64,000 nucleotides of DNA from Felis catus (Eukaryota): the NCBI RefSeq assembly GCF_018350175.1, contig NC_058385.1:51708001-51772000 (forward strand), in the 5' to 3' direction. The notes under the pieces were generated by a model. It worked only from the letters and a program-made list of their open reading frames with translations, was not told the DNA's origin and searched no databases. The position numbers were made by a program, and so were the translations under genes. Below are positions 48,754-60,944 of the stretch, in pieces (positions within the stretch are counted from its first letter, which is position 1; each line of letters starts with the position of its first letter).

Positions 48754-48850
48754 GGGGGAGCTGCCTGGCTTAGTTGGTAGAGCATGGGACTCTTGATCTT
48801 GGATCAGTAAGCCCAAGCCCCACATTGGGGGCAGAGTTCATTTTAAAAAA
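48754..48850 (+). mobile_element. Short tRNA-derived SINE monomer (SINEC_old-like, lacks the CT region)
   Basis: gggggagctgcctggcttagttggtagagcatgggactcttgatc...cccacattgggggcagagttca followed by an A-tail. Confidence 0.8.
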
Positions 48851-48857
48851 TTACTCT

Positions 48858-48979
48858 GGGGCACCTGGGTGGCAATCGGTTAAGCGACTGACTCTTGGTT
48901 TCTGCTCAGGTCATGATCTCTGGGTTTGTGATATCAAGCCCTGAATTGGGCTCTGCTGACAGTGCAAAGCCTGCTTAGG

Positions 48980-49025
<46 letters not shown>

Positions 49026-49070
49026 CCCCCCCCCAAAATAAATAAATAATTTATTTATTTTTAAATAAAT
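48858..49070 (+). mobile_element. Can-SINE with long (CT)n, inserted in the tail of the preceding SINE
   Basis: TSD tttaaaaaattactctg / tttaaaaaattagtctg. Confidence 0.92.
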
Positions 49071-49253
49071 TTTAAAAAATTAGTCTGAAATTGTTAATAT
49101 TGTTATGTGAGTTACACCTCAAGAAAAATAATTTTTAAAATGTAAGATGGCAACATCATAGAGAAGGGCAGATGATGGGTGGATGCTTCAGATTGAGCCA
49201 TCAGGGAAACATCTCCAAAGAAGTTATTTTTAATTAAATCATAAATGTTAAAA

Positions 49254-49473
49254 GGGGTGCCTGGTTGGCTCAGTTGGTTTTGTCTGACTTTGGCTCAGGT
49301 CATGATCTCACAGTTCGTGGGGTCGAGCCCCGCATTGGGCTCTGGGCTGACAGCTCAGAGCCTGGAGCCTGCTTCGGATTCTGTGTCTCCCTTTCTCTCT
49401 GCCCCCCCTCTGCTGGAGTTCTGTCTTTCTCTCAAAAATAAATAACAACATTTAAAAATTTTAATGAAAAAAA
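49254..49473 (+). mobile_element. Feline SINEC
   Basis: TSD core cataaatgtt on both sides. Confidence 0.93.
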
Positions 49474-51181
49474 CATAAATGTTGAGAGGCAAGTCAAGTC
49501 AACATCAAGGGGTAGAAAATCCCAAACTCCTGGAGTAACAAGTCTTGCAAAGGCCCTAAGGTGTGAATGACCTGTACATATTGTAGGGAAGGAGATAAGG
49601 CCAACATAGGGAGGAGGGGGGAAAGTAGATGAAGTTATAAGAGAAGATTGGGATGGGTCATATTGGAGTTAATAGACCACAATAAGGAGCTTAAACAACC
49701 ATCATCTGAACCCACTTATACTTCTTCAATACTTTGTGTGAAGAATGGATTGTTGGAGGTAGAGCTGGAAGCAGAAAGGCCAGCTGGGATGCTATTTCAG
49801 TATAGTAGGGAAGATTGTAACTTGGGTCAGAGTGACAGAGAGAGAGAGAGCATTAGCAGTGAATTTACTCAGAATCTCTTTGAGAAGATTGTTGATGGAG
49901 TAGATGTGGAGATATGAGGGCAGGGAAGGGGAATAGGTGGGGAGTTGGAGATATCTAAACACAAGTGTCCCCCTTCCAGACAGGGCTGAATTTTCAGATA
50001 GAAGGGGAAGTTGTAGGGAGAATGTCTGTGTTTAGCACCTCTCAAGCTCCAAGGTGCCTTGGTCCCCTAAGAATTCTGTTTTATCTTGATGATCAATGTC
50101 AAGGGTATTTTTGGAGCTCCTTTATTAATTGCTGAAGATGAGCATCTATTTCATTTATTAATCATGCCTGGCTTTGTTCTAGGCAGGATAAGATAGGTGT
50201 CTTATTTAATTACCATATAGGTTTTTTTTTTTCCTTTTTGGAGCCATGTGGGAATTAGTAATTAAGATGAATATTTAACACAAAGACTCTTATGTGCTTT
50301 GAATTCTCATGCCCAAACACATGGAGTTAGAGTAGAAATAAATATCAGTGACTTTCTGTAGATATCGCTCAGCCCAGGTCTCCTGGGGGCTATTTCTCTG
50401 CCTCTTGCAGACCCTGAGAGTGTCTGGTTTGTGAGCATCTGTGCCTTCATTAGGAGTTCATTAGCTGACGCCTTTTCAGAGGCAGCTGACCCCTTCCTCG
50501 AACTGCAGCCCTATCCTCTCCCTCCCGTCTCTGCTCTTCAGTGATTGATGGTCTGCAGATGTTTGGAGAGGAAAAGCACAGCAGCTCCACACATTTGGTC
50601 TGCACTGGAAGACGGCAGGCCACGCGGTCCCTACCTTGTTTTCTCATGTGTTCTCTTCTGACAGCAAGACTTTTATTGAGGAAGAGGTATCATACAGTTT
50701 CCCTTCTGGGGATGTCTCCTGCGTGTTAACCTTATTACTAAAAGCATTGAGTATGAAGCACAGCTATCACTACACTTCTCTAAGTTGTCATCTTGTCCCA
50801 ACTGCAGATCCGATCAGGGATCTTTCCAAAGGATGAGCATGACTGTCCCATCCTTATTAAAATATGTGTGCTCTTACCACTGGCGTTTAAAGTGAAAAAT
50901 AAATTTGGTATCTTATTTGAAGACATTCAAGTTTTCCGTACCCAACAGAAATAATTCTCCAATCTCGTTCCTTTGAAAAACAACAGCATCATGCTGGTAA
51001 ATATAGAATAAGAAGTATCCTTATCAGAAAGTGGTCTAAATTGACTTTGTTTTCATCCCTTGTGTAGAAAACATTCCAACTGTGTGTCAAACTAATAGAG
51101 TGTGTCTCGATTCATTCCTGTATCTGTCAAACCGAAACAATTTGCCAGTGTGTATTGTTTAACTTCCCCATCACCTGAGAA

Positions 51182-51186
<5 letters not shown>

Positions 51187-51224
<38 letters not shown>
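51187..51224. repeat. (TA)n microsatellite
   Basis: Direct reading. Confidence 0.97.
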
Positions 51225-51227
<3 letters not shown>

Positions 51228-52595
51228 ACATCCATTCATGGCTTATGTAATAATGATATGATGTGAGTGAAATAACTCTGAGAAGTAAACGTTCTAACTT
51301 TCCTTTTTCCAGTAGAGTGACTCTAGAACTGGAATTTTGCCCCAGAGTAGCTTAGTTGATGCACCGAAAAAAAAAATTAATTGCATTCGTAAAAGTATTT
51401 TACTTCAGGTATTTTACTTAAGCAGCTTTTTGATGGGATCACATCTAATGTGAATATACTTATTTACATTGAGTATAAAATGAATATGCTGGTGATAATT
51501 AATGGGTCTTAGGCTCAGTTGTCTCAAAATGATGGTAAGGAGGCTTATTTCCAAGGTTTCAATTAAATGTGACCTGAACATGTTTGAGCCTCTGCTTATG
51601 ATCAGTTTAACAAAATATCTTAGGACAAATTCTGACCTGAACTACATGCTCTGGTTTGAAACAAAGCTTTGCCATGGAATAGGGGTTGCCTATGGAAATA
51701 TTGGTAAAGCTGGGATTAGTAGGACTCATGGCAGCTACAGAAGATGACATTTGATCACCTAATAGGTTATTGATTAGAGGGTGACACAGGGTAATTTTCT
51801 CCTCTACCTAAGGTAGTTCTAAATTACTTCTTTTGGCCCAAGTTCTACAAATTCCTCAGTGTACACGTCCAGTTCATGTATGAATAAACCTTCCCCACCC
51901 CCGACTTTTTTCCCATTTGGAAGGTAAGGTCTATTTAGCTGTAGTGTTAACAAAGAACAAAAACGTATTGTAGTGAGGAAAACACGTTTTGGGAAATGTT
52001 AACAGATGCAGCAGGGGGAAATTCCCCATAGACACCAACTCCTCAAGCCTTGCAGCAAAATGCATATTCTCAGCACCAGCAATGTCTGAGAACTCTACAC
52101 AACAAGGCACTGGGCATGCCCCTTGCCCAAGCCAACCACAGCTATCCTGGTAGCAGAGTTTGTGAAGCAGAGAGTAGAGTAAAAGTAGCCTGGGCGAGCA
52201 GCAAGAAGGGGATCTCCCTAGGGGCTGCATTCCTAGTCCTTGTCTCTTGACCCTAAGCACAGTATTTCCTGCTTGGAGCCTACTGAATAAGGAGGAGGCA
52301 TCCCAAACCTGTGCTGGATGGTGCTCTCTTTTAAGACGCTGGGTTTAGGCAAACCAGGGTCTTGTGGTATTGAAGAATACAAGTTTTTATGTTAAAGACG
52401 ATGAAGAGGGGTAGTGGGCATAGGCTTCGGTATCCTGTGCGAGAAGCTGTTCCAATCCTGGTTCTGTCCTTATTATGTAGAACCGGGTATGGAAGAAGTA
52501 CCTAATTCATAGATTCTCATAAGTAAATGAGATCATGCACAAACAGCTGAGCATAGTAGGATGTCAAATGTCCTTGAAACGCAAAGGCACAAAAG

Positions 52596-52695
52596 CACGT
52601 GAAAACGGACTTCAGCAAAAGCTGCGCAGAAGCCCCTTGCTATATCTAACGCAACGCCTGTGTCTTACATAATCTTTCCTCACAGATTACGTAAC
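52596..52695. promoter_or_regulatory. Candidate intronic enhancer: E-box CACGTG plus two PAR-bZIP/NFIL3 D-box motifs in a CpG-retaining patch
   Basis: CACGTG 52596-52601; TTACATAA 52665-52672; ATTACGTAAC 52686-52695. Confidence 0.4.
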
Positions 52696-53708
52696 GTCTG
52701 TGCTGGTGTTTCTCAGTCTACTTTTCTGTGTGTGTGCTGCCCTGCTAACTATTCTCTCTAACTCCCTGTGTTTCCTCACAGCTAGGCTGAGCTTCCTTCC
52801 GTAGCTTCAGGCCATGGCTTCCTGTTCTCTCATCTGAAACTGAGCAATTCCCTTCCCTCGTTAATTTCCTAACCCCGAAGCTATTTATGCAGTCTGAGCA
52901 AATACTCGCCTGCAGTTTTTCTTGTTTTCCTGAACCCCTGTGAATCAAATTCTTTTCTTTTCACACGTACACATAAATTCCAATTCCTTTTTCTCTTATT
53001 GTTTGCTCTGTGTAGTTAATGAAACATTTTCTGCTTTGAGCTCTTCCAATTAATTGATTAAGATTTTTTTTAATCTAATGAAAGACATATAACCAACCCA
53101 TTACCTAAAAAGCTGAACAGTAGGATTTAAAGAAGGCTTCCCTTTAATGCTACTTAAAACCATTTTGACTTCTTGCTGTCCTTAATAAGGTAGCTGAAGC
53201 ATGGGAAATTATTCCATACATAGCTGTTAAGTTAGTGCTTAATTTAAAATGAGACTTTAATTATATAAAGCATAAAGTTAAGGATTATGTTACCCACAGA
53301 GGCTACTGTTCTGGCCTAGGTTACTTCTAACACTGATTGGCAGCTAACTCAGGAGATTAACATTTCCCTGACCTGTTTATTATCTGAGCCACAGAATCAG
53401 CAAAAAGCCATTCTCAGCAAAACCACTATTTGTGGAATTCTACTTATTTATTGGAAACCACCTTATTGTGAGGCAGTCCCTAAGAAAAGAAAGGAGATGT
53501 TTCCCCTAGATTCTACTTGTTGAATTCATCACACAGGATCCTTTGGAACTCCTCATTTATTCTTCATCTCTGTACTCAACTAAGGATGAACTAAGCTAAA
53601 ATGCAACAAGAACAAACCTTTACAGTCATAAAGGAGAGATGCTGTCCTTTGCAGTGGTCAAATGCCACTCATGTTAGTGACAAAACCCTCCTATCTGACC
53701 TGGGATCT

Positions 53709-53710
<2 letters not shown>

Positions 53711-53789
<79 letters not shown>
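53711..53789. repeat. Compound (TG)23(TA)n microsatellite at a SINE tail
   Basis: Direct reading. Confidence 0.95.
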
Positions 53790-53791
<2 letters not shown>

Positions 53792-53987
53792 GTTTATCTC
53801 TGAGGGAGAGGGAGAGACAGCGCAAGCCAGGGAGGGGCAGAAAGAGAGGGAGACACAGAATCCGAAGCAGGCTCCAGGCTCTGAGCTGTCAGCACATGAG
53901 CCTGACCCAGGGCTTGAACTCACCAGCCATAAGATCATAAGCTGAACTGAAGTCGGACGCTTAACCACTGACCCACCCAGGCGCCCC
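53790..53987 (-). mobile_element. Feline SINEC
   Basis: Reverse-complement SINE ending ...cccaggcgcccc. Confidence 0.93.
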
Positions 53988-54039
53988 AAAAGCTTCCTTC
54001 TTGAACTGGCTACTGTGGGAAGTGAAAGCACATAGCCCT

Positions 54040-54200
54040 TTTTATATCAATTGCTACTAATGTATAACAAACCAACTCAAACGTAGTAGCTTAAAACAAC
54101 TACCATTTATTGAACATATGCTTCTTTGAGTTGGTAATTTAGGTAACACTTAGCTGGGTAATTCTTCAGGTCTCATCTGAGCCCCTTCATTCTTCTCATG
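54040..54200 (-). mobile_element. MLT1-type LTR fragment
   Basis: taacaaaccaactcaaacgtagtagcttaaaacaactaccatttatt...ttagctgggtaattcttc. Confidence 0.7.
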
Positions 54201-54759
54201 TTTCTACAGATGGCTCAATCAAAATAATGGATTATTATGAGTGTTTTTATATTTTACCCCTATCCAAAGTGATATTCAACATATTTAGCAACCACTTTGG
54301 TTGCTAAATTGAATGCAATCAATTAAATGCAATCACAGGTCAGGATCACCAGCCTGGATGCCCCCTGCCACGTAATTGTCAGTGCTTTAGTACCTGAATC
54401 ATCAGTTGGTCTGAGGGGGCAAATGGAGGAGCCTAGACATCAAGGGAGAAGGCCATCTGGGGATTAGTTCAGTAGCTACATATCAGCCAGTATAAAAGTA
54501 TCTCTGATACAAACTTGTTGAATGTTAGCCCTGTCCCATCCATATAATAATCTTCCTGTCTAAGATGTCCCAAGATTCTTGATATTTTATTATTAATATA
54601 CTTTACCCTAAGACTAGCAATGGCTCTCCCTACATCTTGGCACCAAGGAGACTACTTACACCCATGTGTCTCTCCATTCTGTTTCTCCCAAATTCCAACA
54701 ACCCACATCAACCACAAACATAAGTTATACAAATACTCCTTAGGAATAGGACAGTTCTT

Positions 54760-54964
54760 CCTTTCTTTCTTTTTTAAGTTCACTTATTTATTTTGAGAGA
54801 GAGAATGCAAAGGGCAGAGAGAGAGGGAGAGAGAGAATCCCCAGCAGGCTCCACGCTGCCAGCATAGAGCCCACGGCAGGGCTCAACCTCACAAACTGTG
54901 AGATCATGATCTGAGCTGAAACCAAGAGTTGGATGCTTAACTGATTGAGCCACTGAGGCACCAC
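54760..54964 (-). mobile_element. Can-SINE
   Basis: TSD aggacagttctt (54748-54759 / 54965-54976). Confidence 0.93.
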
Positions 54965-57549
54965 AGGACAGTTCTTAACTGGGGAAAAATGATGGAAAAA
55001 TGATGGAAAAATGACAGTTCTTAACTGGGATGTAGTTTGAAAAAAACACATTAAGTATTTTAATATAATAGTAATTATATTTGTCAACTGGGACAAAATA
55101 AGCCCATTTTTTTCATAATAGAAAATAAAAGTAAAGTTGGTAAAGATTTGTCCCAACACACAATTCTCAAAGTGGAAAGAGACACACACCCTATTTCAAA
55201 AGGCATCATGGATGAAAACCATTGAGAAACGTAAAACTAGAGGTAATGTGGAGAAAGCCAGAATGTCTGGGATGGAACTTGGGAGTCTGCACTTGAAACA
55301 AATAATTCTTACTGGCGCTAAAATTGGAAAACCAAGGGCTACAGATTGTCCACTGTACTGAAGAAATGCAGTTATAAATAGACACTAACCTGAGTAATAA
55401 AGAGAGGGATGTCAGCTCGCTAAGTAAAGTTTGAGAGATCCACTGGTTACAGAATTCTTCTCTATAAACTAGTTAAGGTTTTTTTTTTTTTTTTTTTTCT
55501 CTGAGCTCTTTTTGCGTAGCCTCACCCTTAAGGCTGTCCTGATAAGAAGGATGCTCCCTAGTGACTCATTTTATTTGCATGGAAGTTGTGTAAAGCTGAC
55601 CAGGGTTGTTCATAGCAGGCATCCAGAGGTGGTCCCTGTCCTGAACCTTGACGGATAACCTATAGGGGCTCTCCTGAAGTCCGTGCATGCCCTGAGAGTA
55701 CCATCTGCTGAGCAGGGGCGTAACTCTGAATGGCTTGGGCTCCTGATGGCATTACAGTCATGACCACTTGCCAAGGGTCATGACAAGTAGATCCCATCCT
55801 CTGATCAAACTGCTCTTCTTAAGGCCATTTCATTTTTATTTTTCCAATATGCTACAAAAAGCTTGCCTTAGGAACTTGTATATCTTACCTTTCATAAGAC
55901 TTTTTTTCACGCTTTATCACATTGGGTGCAGGAAGAGGAAGCAAGAGGGAACACTGTCTTTTATAAATGCTTGCTATGAGTATAGACGTATATGGGATGT
56001 TGACTTTATTTAGATTCACAACGGGTGGACCAGACACTTCAGATAGGTTCCTTGGGTTTTAAAAAGATTACTCATGGCTTCACCAGATGCTCTGCAGTTT
56101 CATCAGCACCATGTGGTTTAGGCAGAGGCTGCCTCAAAAAGGAGGGATACTTCGTTTGATGCATAGCTTTCACTTTGTGCTTGCCTCAGCAAGGAATGAA
56201 TTCAGATAGTTTTTAGCCTCATCTGTTTACATGGTTTTGTGTGAGCAGACTGCCAGGTAATTACCCAAATGAGGAGTTACTGCTCCAGAGATGGACTGCC
56301 AAATCTCATTGTAACACCAAATATAAATGCTATTAAAACTACTAATATGGGGAACATTTGGAAGCCCATGATGGTCTGTCAAAATAGTAAATATATTGCA
56401 TCATTTGAAAACCTTGTCTACTCATCTTTTCAAAACACTCAGTATTTAGGAAGAGTTGATAAAGGTAATGGAAACAAAAACTAAATAATTAAAAAAGTAA
56501 GTTCTCTGGCTCTCCATTTCAGTTAGATATTAAATGCAGCATATCTTAAATTAAAATGTAAATGGAATTAATTGCATGAAGCTATCTGGATGATATGTGA
56601 TCACTGAATAATTTGCTAACTGGCACCGAACAATGGCCAAAGGAAAATAAAATAATTGCTTAATGATTCAAATTATGATATTTTATGATCATTACTCTCT
56701 ACTGCTGATGGAATGTCACCCTGGATAAGTTTCTTAGCCTCCCAGAGTCGTTGTAGTCCCGTCTATAATATGAGGAAATGGAAACACATGATCTATAAGG
56801 TCCTTTGCTGACATAAAACTCTTGACTTTTAAGGTCTTTGACTCTATTATATCTTGTTTTCTCTACCAACCAAGTTCATGAAAGAAGGACTAACTGTGGT
56901 CCCAGATATGCATTCATATCTTGTTTCCTTACTTCCTAAGTGCATGAACATGAATGTGATAACCTTCTCACATTCTTCATGTGAGACAAATGGAGAACAC
57001 CTACTTCATGGATTTATGATACATAAATGAGGGAGTATTTAAAACTCCAAGTACAGAATCCTTCACTTACACTTCTGATCCTGCATAAATTGTATTCTTT
57101 TTCTTATCTGGCATCATTTCTGGTATCTCAAATCTACCTTTTCAGTGAAATCTTTTGGCTTCTGACCTCTCGTCCCTACAGAAAAGTTATAATCCCAAAA
57201 CTATACTAGAGGGATAATAAAATGTATCTATCTATCTATATATATATTTGAGATATATATATCTTTTCCTCCTGAATTGTCTCGGTAAAAAGAATGAAAA
57301 CATCTATTGAAATAATTGATTGTCCTGCTGGCTGTCTCTTTTTCTGTTTGTCTTGGCCTTAATTTTTGTGAATGAATTACATCTGAAGTAGAAGTGGGTT
57401 GCTTCCTGTGTTTAGAAAACCTTTTCTCATCGCTCCTTTTCACTACTTTTTCACTATTACTGGCTGTTGCATATGAAAATCTTTAAATTAAAAATAACAT
57501 GATTATTCATTATACAAAATACTGGATAATATAAAAAACAGGAGAAAGG

Positions 57550-57757
57550 GGGGTGCCTGGGTGGCTCAGTCGGTTGAGCGTCTGACTTCAGCTCAGGTCA
57601 TGATCTCACACTCTGTGAGTTCAGGCCCCACATTCGGCTCTGTGCTGACAACTCAGAGCCTGGAGCCTGCTTCAGATTCTGTGTCTCCCCCTCTCTGTGC
57701 CCCTCCCCTGCTCATGCTCTGTCTCAAAAATAAATAGAAACATTAAACAAAAATTTT
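57550..57757 (+). mobile_element. Feline SINEC within an old L1ME-like region (~57480-58400, -)
   Basis: TSD aaaacaggagaaagg / aaaataggagaaagg. Confidence 0.93.
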
Positions 57758-58411
57758 AAAATAGGAGAAAGGAAGCATAAACACACTCTCCAGAGAAAAC
57801 AACCTAAAATATAATTTGCCAGCTAAACTATGTGTGCACAATGTGTACACGTTGACAAAACAGGCTGATACTATATGGTGCTAAGGTCAACACCAGAGTA
57901 TGGGTGCAACGGCCTGGAATGTGCTTTGATTTGTTCAGTATTGTTCTTCCAGCATCTAAAACATGCCAACCAAGAGTGCGCACTCAATACTCTTTTTAAC
58001 CTAATTTATCCTCTGTATCTTTTGGGGCCAATAAATGGATTCTGCAGCATCATTTTCAGTGACTATAGTACTCTACAGTGTAGATATATCCCAGCTTACT
58101 CAGTAGATCCTCTGTTGTCAGCCTTCTAAGGTTTTCTGTTTGTTCTTTTTTGTCTATAATAGTATTTTAATCAACAGTCAGACAAATAAATATATGCCTT
58201 TCTTCTTTACTACTGTTTGGATAAATTCATTAGAGTAGAATTGCCAAGTGCAAGTAATTTACTCACAATTTTAGAGAATTATTATATATATTGCCAAATT
58301 GTTCTCCAAAAGATAATGTCAATTTACAATCTCGTCAACCGAGATTGAGCGTTTCCCTGCACTCTCACAGATAGTAGGTATTATGCTGAAAAAAATTTAG
58401 AAACCAGTTTA

Positions 58412-58875
58412 GAGGCACCTGGGTGGCTCAATCAGCTAAGCGTCCGACTCTTTTTTTTTTTTTTTAATTTTTTTTTTCAACGTTTATTTATTTATTTTGG
58501 GGACAGAGAGAGAGCATGAACGGGGGAGGGGCAGAGAGAGAGGGAGACACAGAATCGGAAACAGGCTCCAGGCTCTGAGCCATCAGCCCAGAGCCTGACG
58601 CGGGGCTCGAATTCACGGACCGCGAGATCGTGACCTGGCTGAAGTCGGACGCTTAACCGATTGCGCCACCCAGGCGCCCCTAAGCGTCCGACTCTTGATT
58701 TCAGCTCAGGTTATGATCTCACAGTTCATGGGTTTGAGTTCAGCATCAGGCTCTGTGCCAACACTGAGGAGCCTGCTTGGGATTCTTTCTCTCCCTCTCT
58801 CTCTGCCCCTCCCCTGCTTGCATGCACACAGTCTCTCTCTCTCAAAATAAATAAATTAACTTTAAAAAAAAGTTT
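58412..58875 (+). mobile_element. Older Can-SINE (host), split by an antisense younger SINE
   Basis: Head 58412-58452; body resumes at 58681 and runs to the A-tail. Confidence 0.92.
58453..58680 (-). mobile_element. Young SINEC_Fc nested antisense inside the host SINE
   Basis: Perfect 16-bp TSD taagcgtccgactctt (58437-58452 / 58681-58696); long T-tract; CpG-rich; same diagnostic positions as the copy at 5621. Confidence 0.97.
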
Positions 58876-60437
58876 TAAAAAGGTCATTGCATACTAAATT
58901 TTGTAAATAACCATTTCTACATTTCTTGGGATCCAAGATCCTATAACCCAGCAGGATAAAATCTTGCTAAAATAGTGTAAAAAGTTTGACAGTGTCCATT
59001 TAAGTTAATCACAAACTGTTATGAAACCCAGAAACACAGTAAAACCTTGTGAAATATTTGTAGCCTGTTCAGTGTTCTTCTTTCATGGAATCGGATGTGA
59101 AATGTCTGTGTGGGAGTTGTTTTTCCAAGGTAAATAGATTATTATTTATATCTCTAGGTGCAAATGCTTTGAAATAACCAGAACATGTTGCAGCTGAAGG
59201 TGGCCTTACATAAGTTTTCACAGCTACTGCTTTCTTGTCAGCGCACTGTCATGGTGTGGCTTTCATGGTTTGATCTGAGTTTCACGCCCGGCCGTGATTC
59301 TTACGTTTTTATCATCCACTCTTACATGAAACGATGCATCAGACAATATTCCATTATTGTTCCTCATGTGCTCCAACTTTGACATTCATAAACACCATCG
59401 TTAATGCTGCTCCCACTATGTCAGCATCTCCAGATTGGAGATTTTTTTTTTGTCCCTTGAAGATATTTCTATGTAGACCTTGAAGTCCAGAGCCTATATT
59501 TTCTGTATATTTTTTATATTTTTCGTATTGCATAGGATCAGTTTGAAGTGGTCAGTTAGTGATTGCCACGAGATTTAGACATGATTTTGCTATCTATGGA
59601 GTAGCTCACAGAGGGATAGTTGCCAATATTAACAATTAGGGAAGAGGCTGGCTGATAGAGTGGTGATTTAGAGAGAGGAGGGGAGCAAGAATTTAAAATG
59701 AAGAATTAAACAGATGTCGAAAGAAAAAGTATGAAACTTGAACTTCAATGCATGCTAGAAAAACATGATATAAAAGCAGACAAAGAGGCTGGCCTCCGTC
59801 TGCAGGGGAAGGAGGTTATTATGGACTGGAAAGTTGCCAAAAAAAATCAAAGGAGAAATTAAAGTATGAAAACAGAAGAATGGCCAAGAATCATGCTTTA
59901 ACTATAGAGGTAGATTTGAACTATGAGACCTGGCTTAGAGAGATGGGGAAGATATCTAAAAATAGCTCTTTAATAAAGAATCATTTCAAACATATGGTGC
60001 TTCCTGAAGACAAAGATTGAGGGAAAATAGGTACTAGTTGTCAGACTGTTCAAATTAGCACATTCACGTTTTTCTCTTTTTAGGACTCAGTGATAACCTT
60101 TCTTATTTTGCAGACATTGAAATTATCCCTATGTGACCTGAAAAATACTCATTTTTTTCCAAAACAAAAATTTTAATTTTTAAAATGTGACACAAATTTA
60201 GAGAGGCAGGCAGTAGCCAATGTTTCAAACACTCATATATTAAATGGTATTTCCCTGGGCCTGTTATTATTTGGTTGGAATTTGTTACTCATCAAAAGCA
60301 GTCTAGTGTAATAGAGATTGAGCTTTGGGGATTCAGATCCTAGCAGCTGAATTAACGGCTGTGTGACCTTGGGAATCTTGTCTTCTCTGAATCTTATTTT
60401 CCTTATAGATTAGTGGAAATCCTAAAGTCTCAATTTT

Positions 60438-60648
60438 AGGGTGCCTGGGTGGCTCAGTCGGTTGAGTGTCCGACTTTGGCTCAGGTAATGATCTCATGGT
60501 TTGTGAGTTTGAGCCCCTCGTCGGGCTCTGTGCTGACAGCTCAGAGCCTGGAGCCTGCTTCGGGTTCTGTGTCTCCCTCTCTATCTGCCCCTCCCCCACT
60601 AACACTCTGTCTCCCTCTCCTTCAAAAATAAATAAACATTAAAAAAAA
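60438..60648 (+). mobile_element. Feline SINEC inserted in a MIR (~60298-60720)
   Basis: TSD ctaaagtctcaatttt / ctaaagtctcagtttt. Confidence 0.95.
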
Positions 60649-60817
60649 ATCTAAAGTCTCAGTTTTGACAATTAAATAAAATAGTACACATTAAGTGTCT
60701 GACAAAGTAAGCAGAGAATTAACATATGTTTCTTTCTCATCACCTTTCCATGCAATGCAAGAAAAGTCTGCAGAGGTTTATGAAATTAAACATACTGTAA
60801 AATGGTATAATTAAGTT

Positions 60818-60847
60818 AACAAAACAAAACAAAACAAAACAAAACAA
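60818..60847. repeat. (AAAAC)n repeat
   Basis: Direct reading. Confidence 0.9.
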
Positions 60848-60944
60848 GGACAACCTGGAAGAGAGGAAATTGTCATTATCAGGAATGTGAGATGAAATTA
60901 GTGTTGGAGATAAGCCCTGAATTTGTCTCAATTTCTTGCTGTCT

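Larger units (their letters stand above)
48170..49920 (-). mobile_element. L2 fragments interrupted by an L1MB 3' end (~48464-49135, +) and three SINEs
   Basis: L2 motifs (ccctgatctcataaaacttgcattccag; gcaaaggccctaagg; gagaagattgttgatggagtagatgtgg); L1MB motifs (aggtaaatccatagagacagaa). Confidence 0.7.

Noticed and set aside
48754-48850. Possible tRNA-Lys gene
   Set aside because: Degenerate arms, SINE-type 3' extension and A-tail; it is a tRNA-derived SINE.
51969-52320. Possible ancient LTR fragment
   Set aside because: Composition is suggestive, but I could not recognise diagnostic termini or a family.
52672-52710. Cryptic exon after the ctttcctcacag acceptor-like sequence
   Set aside because: No convincing donor nearby; the motif-cluster reading fits better.
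428-60631. Recurrent ORF family MAQSV...AQVMIS...GSVLTAQSLEPASDSVSPSLS (many copies) resembling a repeated small-protein system
   Set aside because: These are translations of Can-SINE copies with TSDs and A-tails, not genes.
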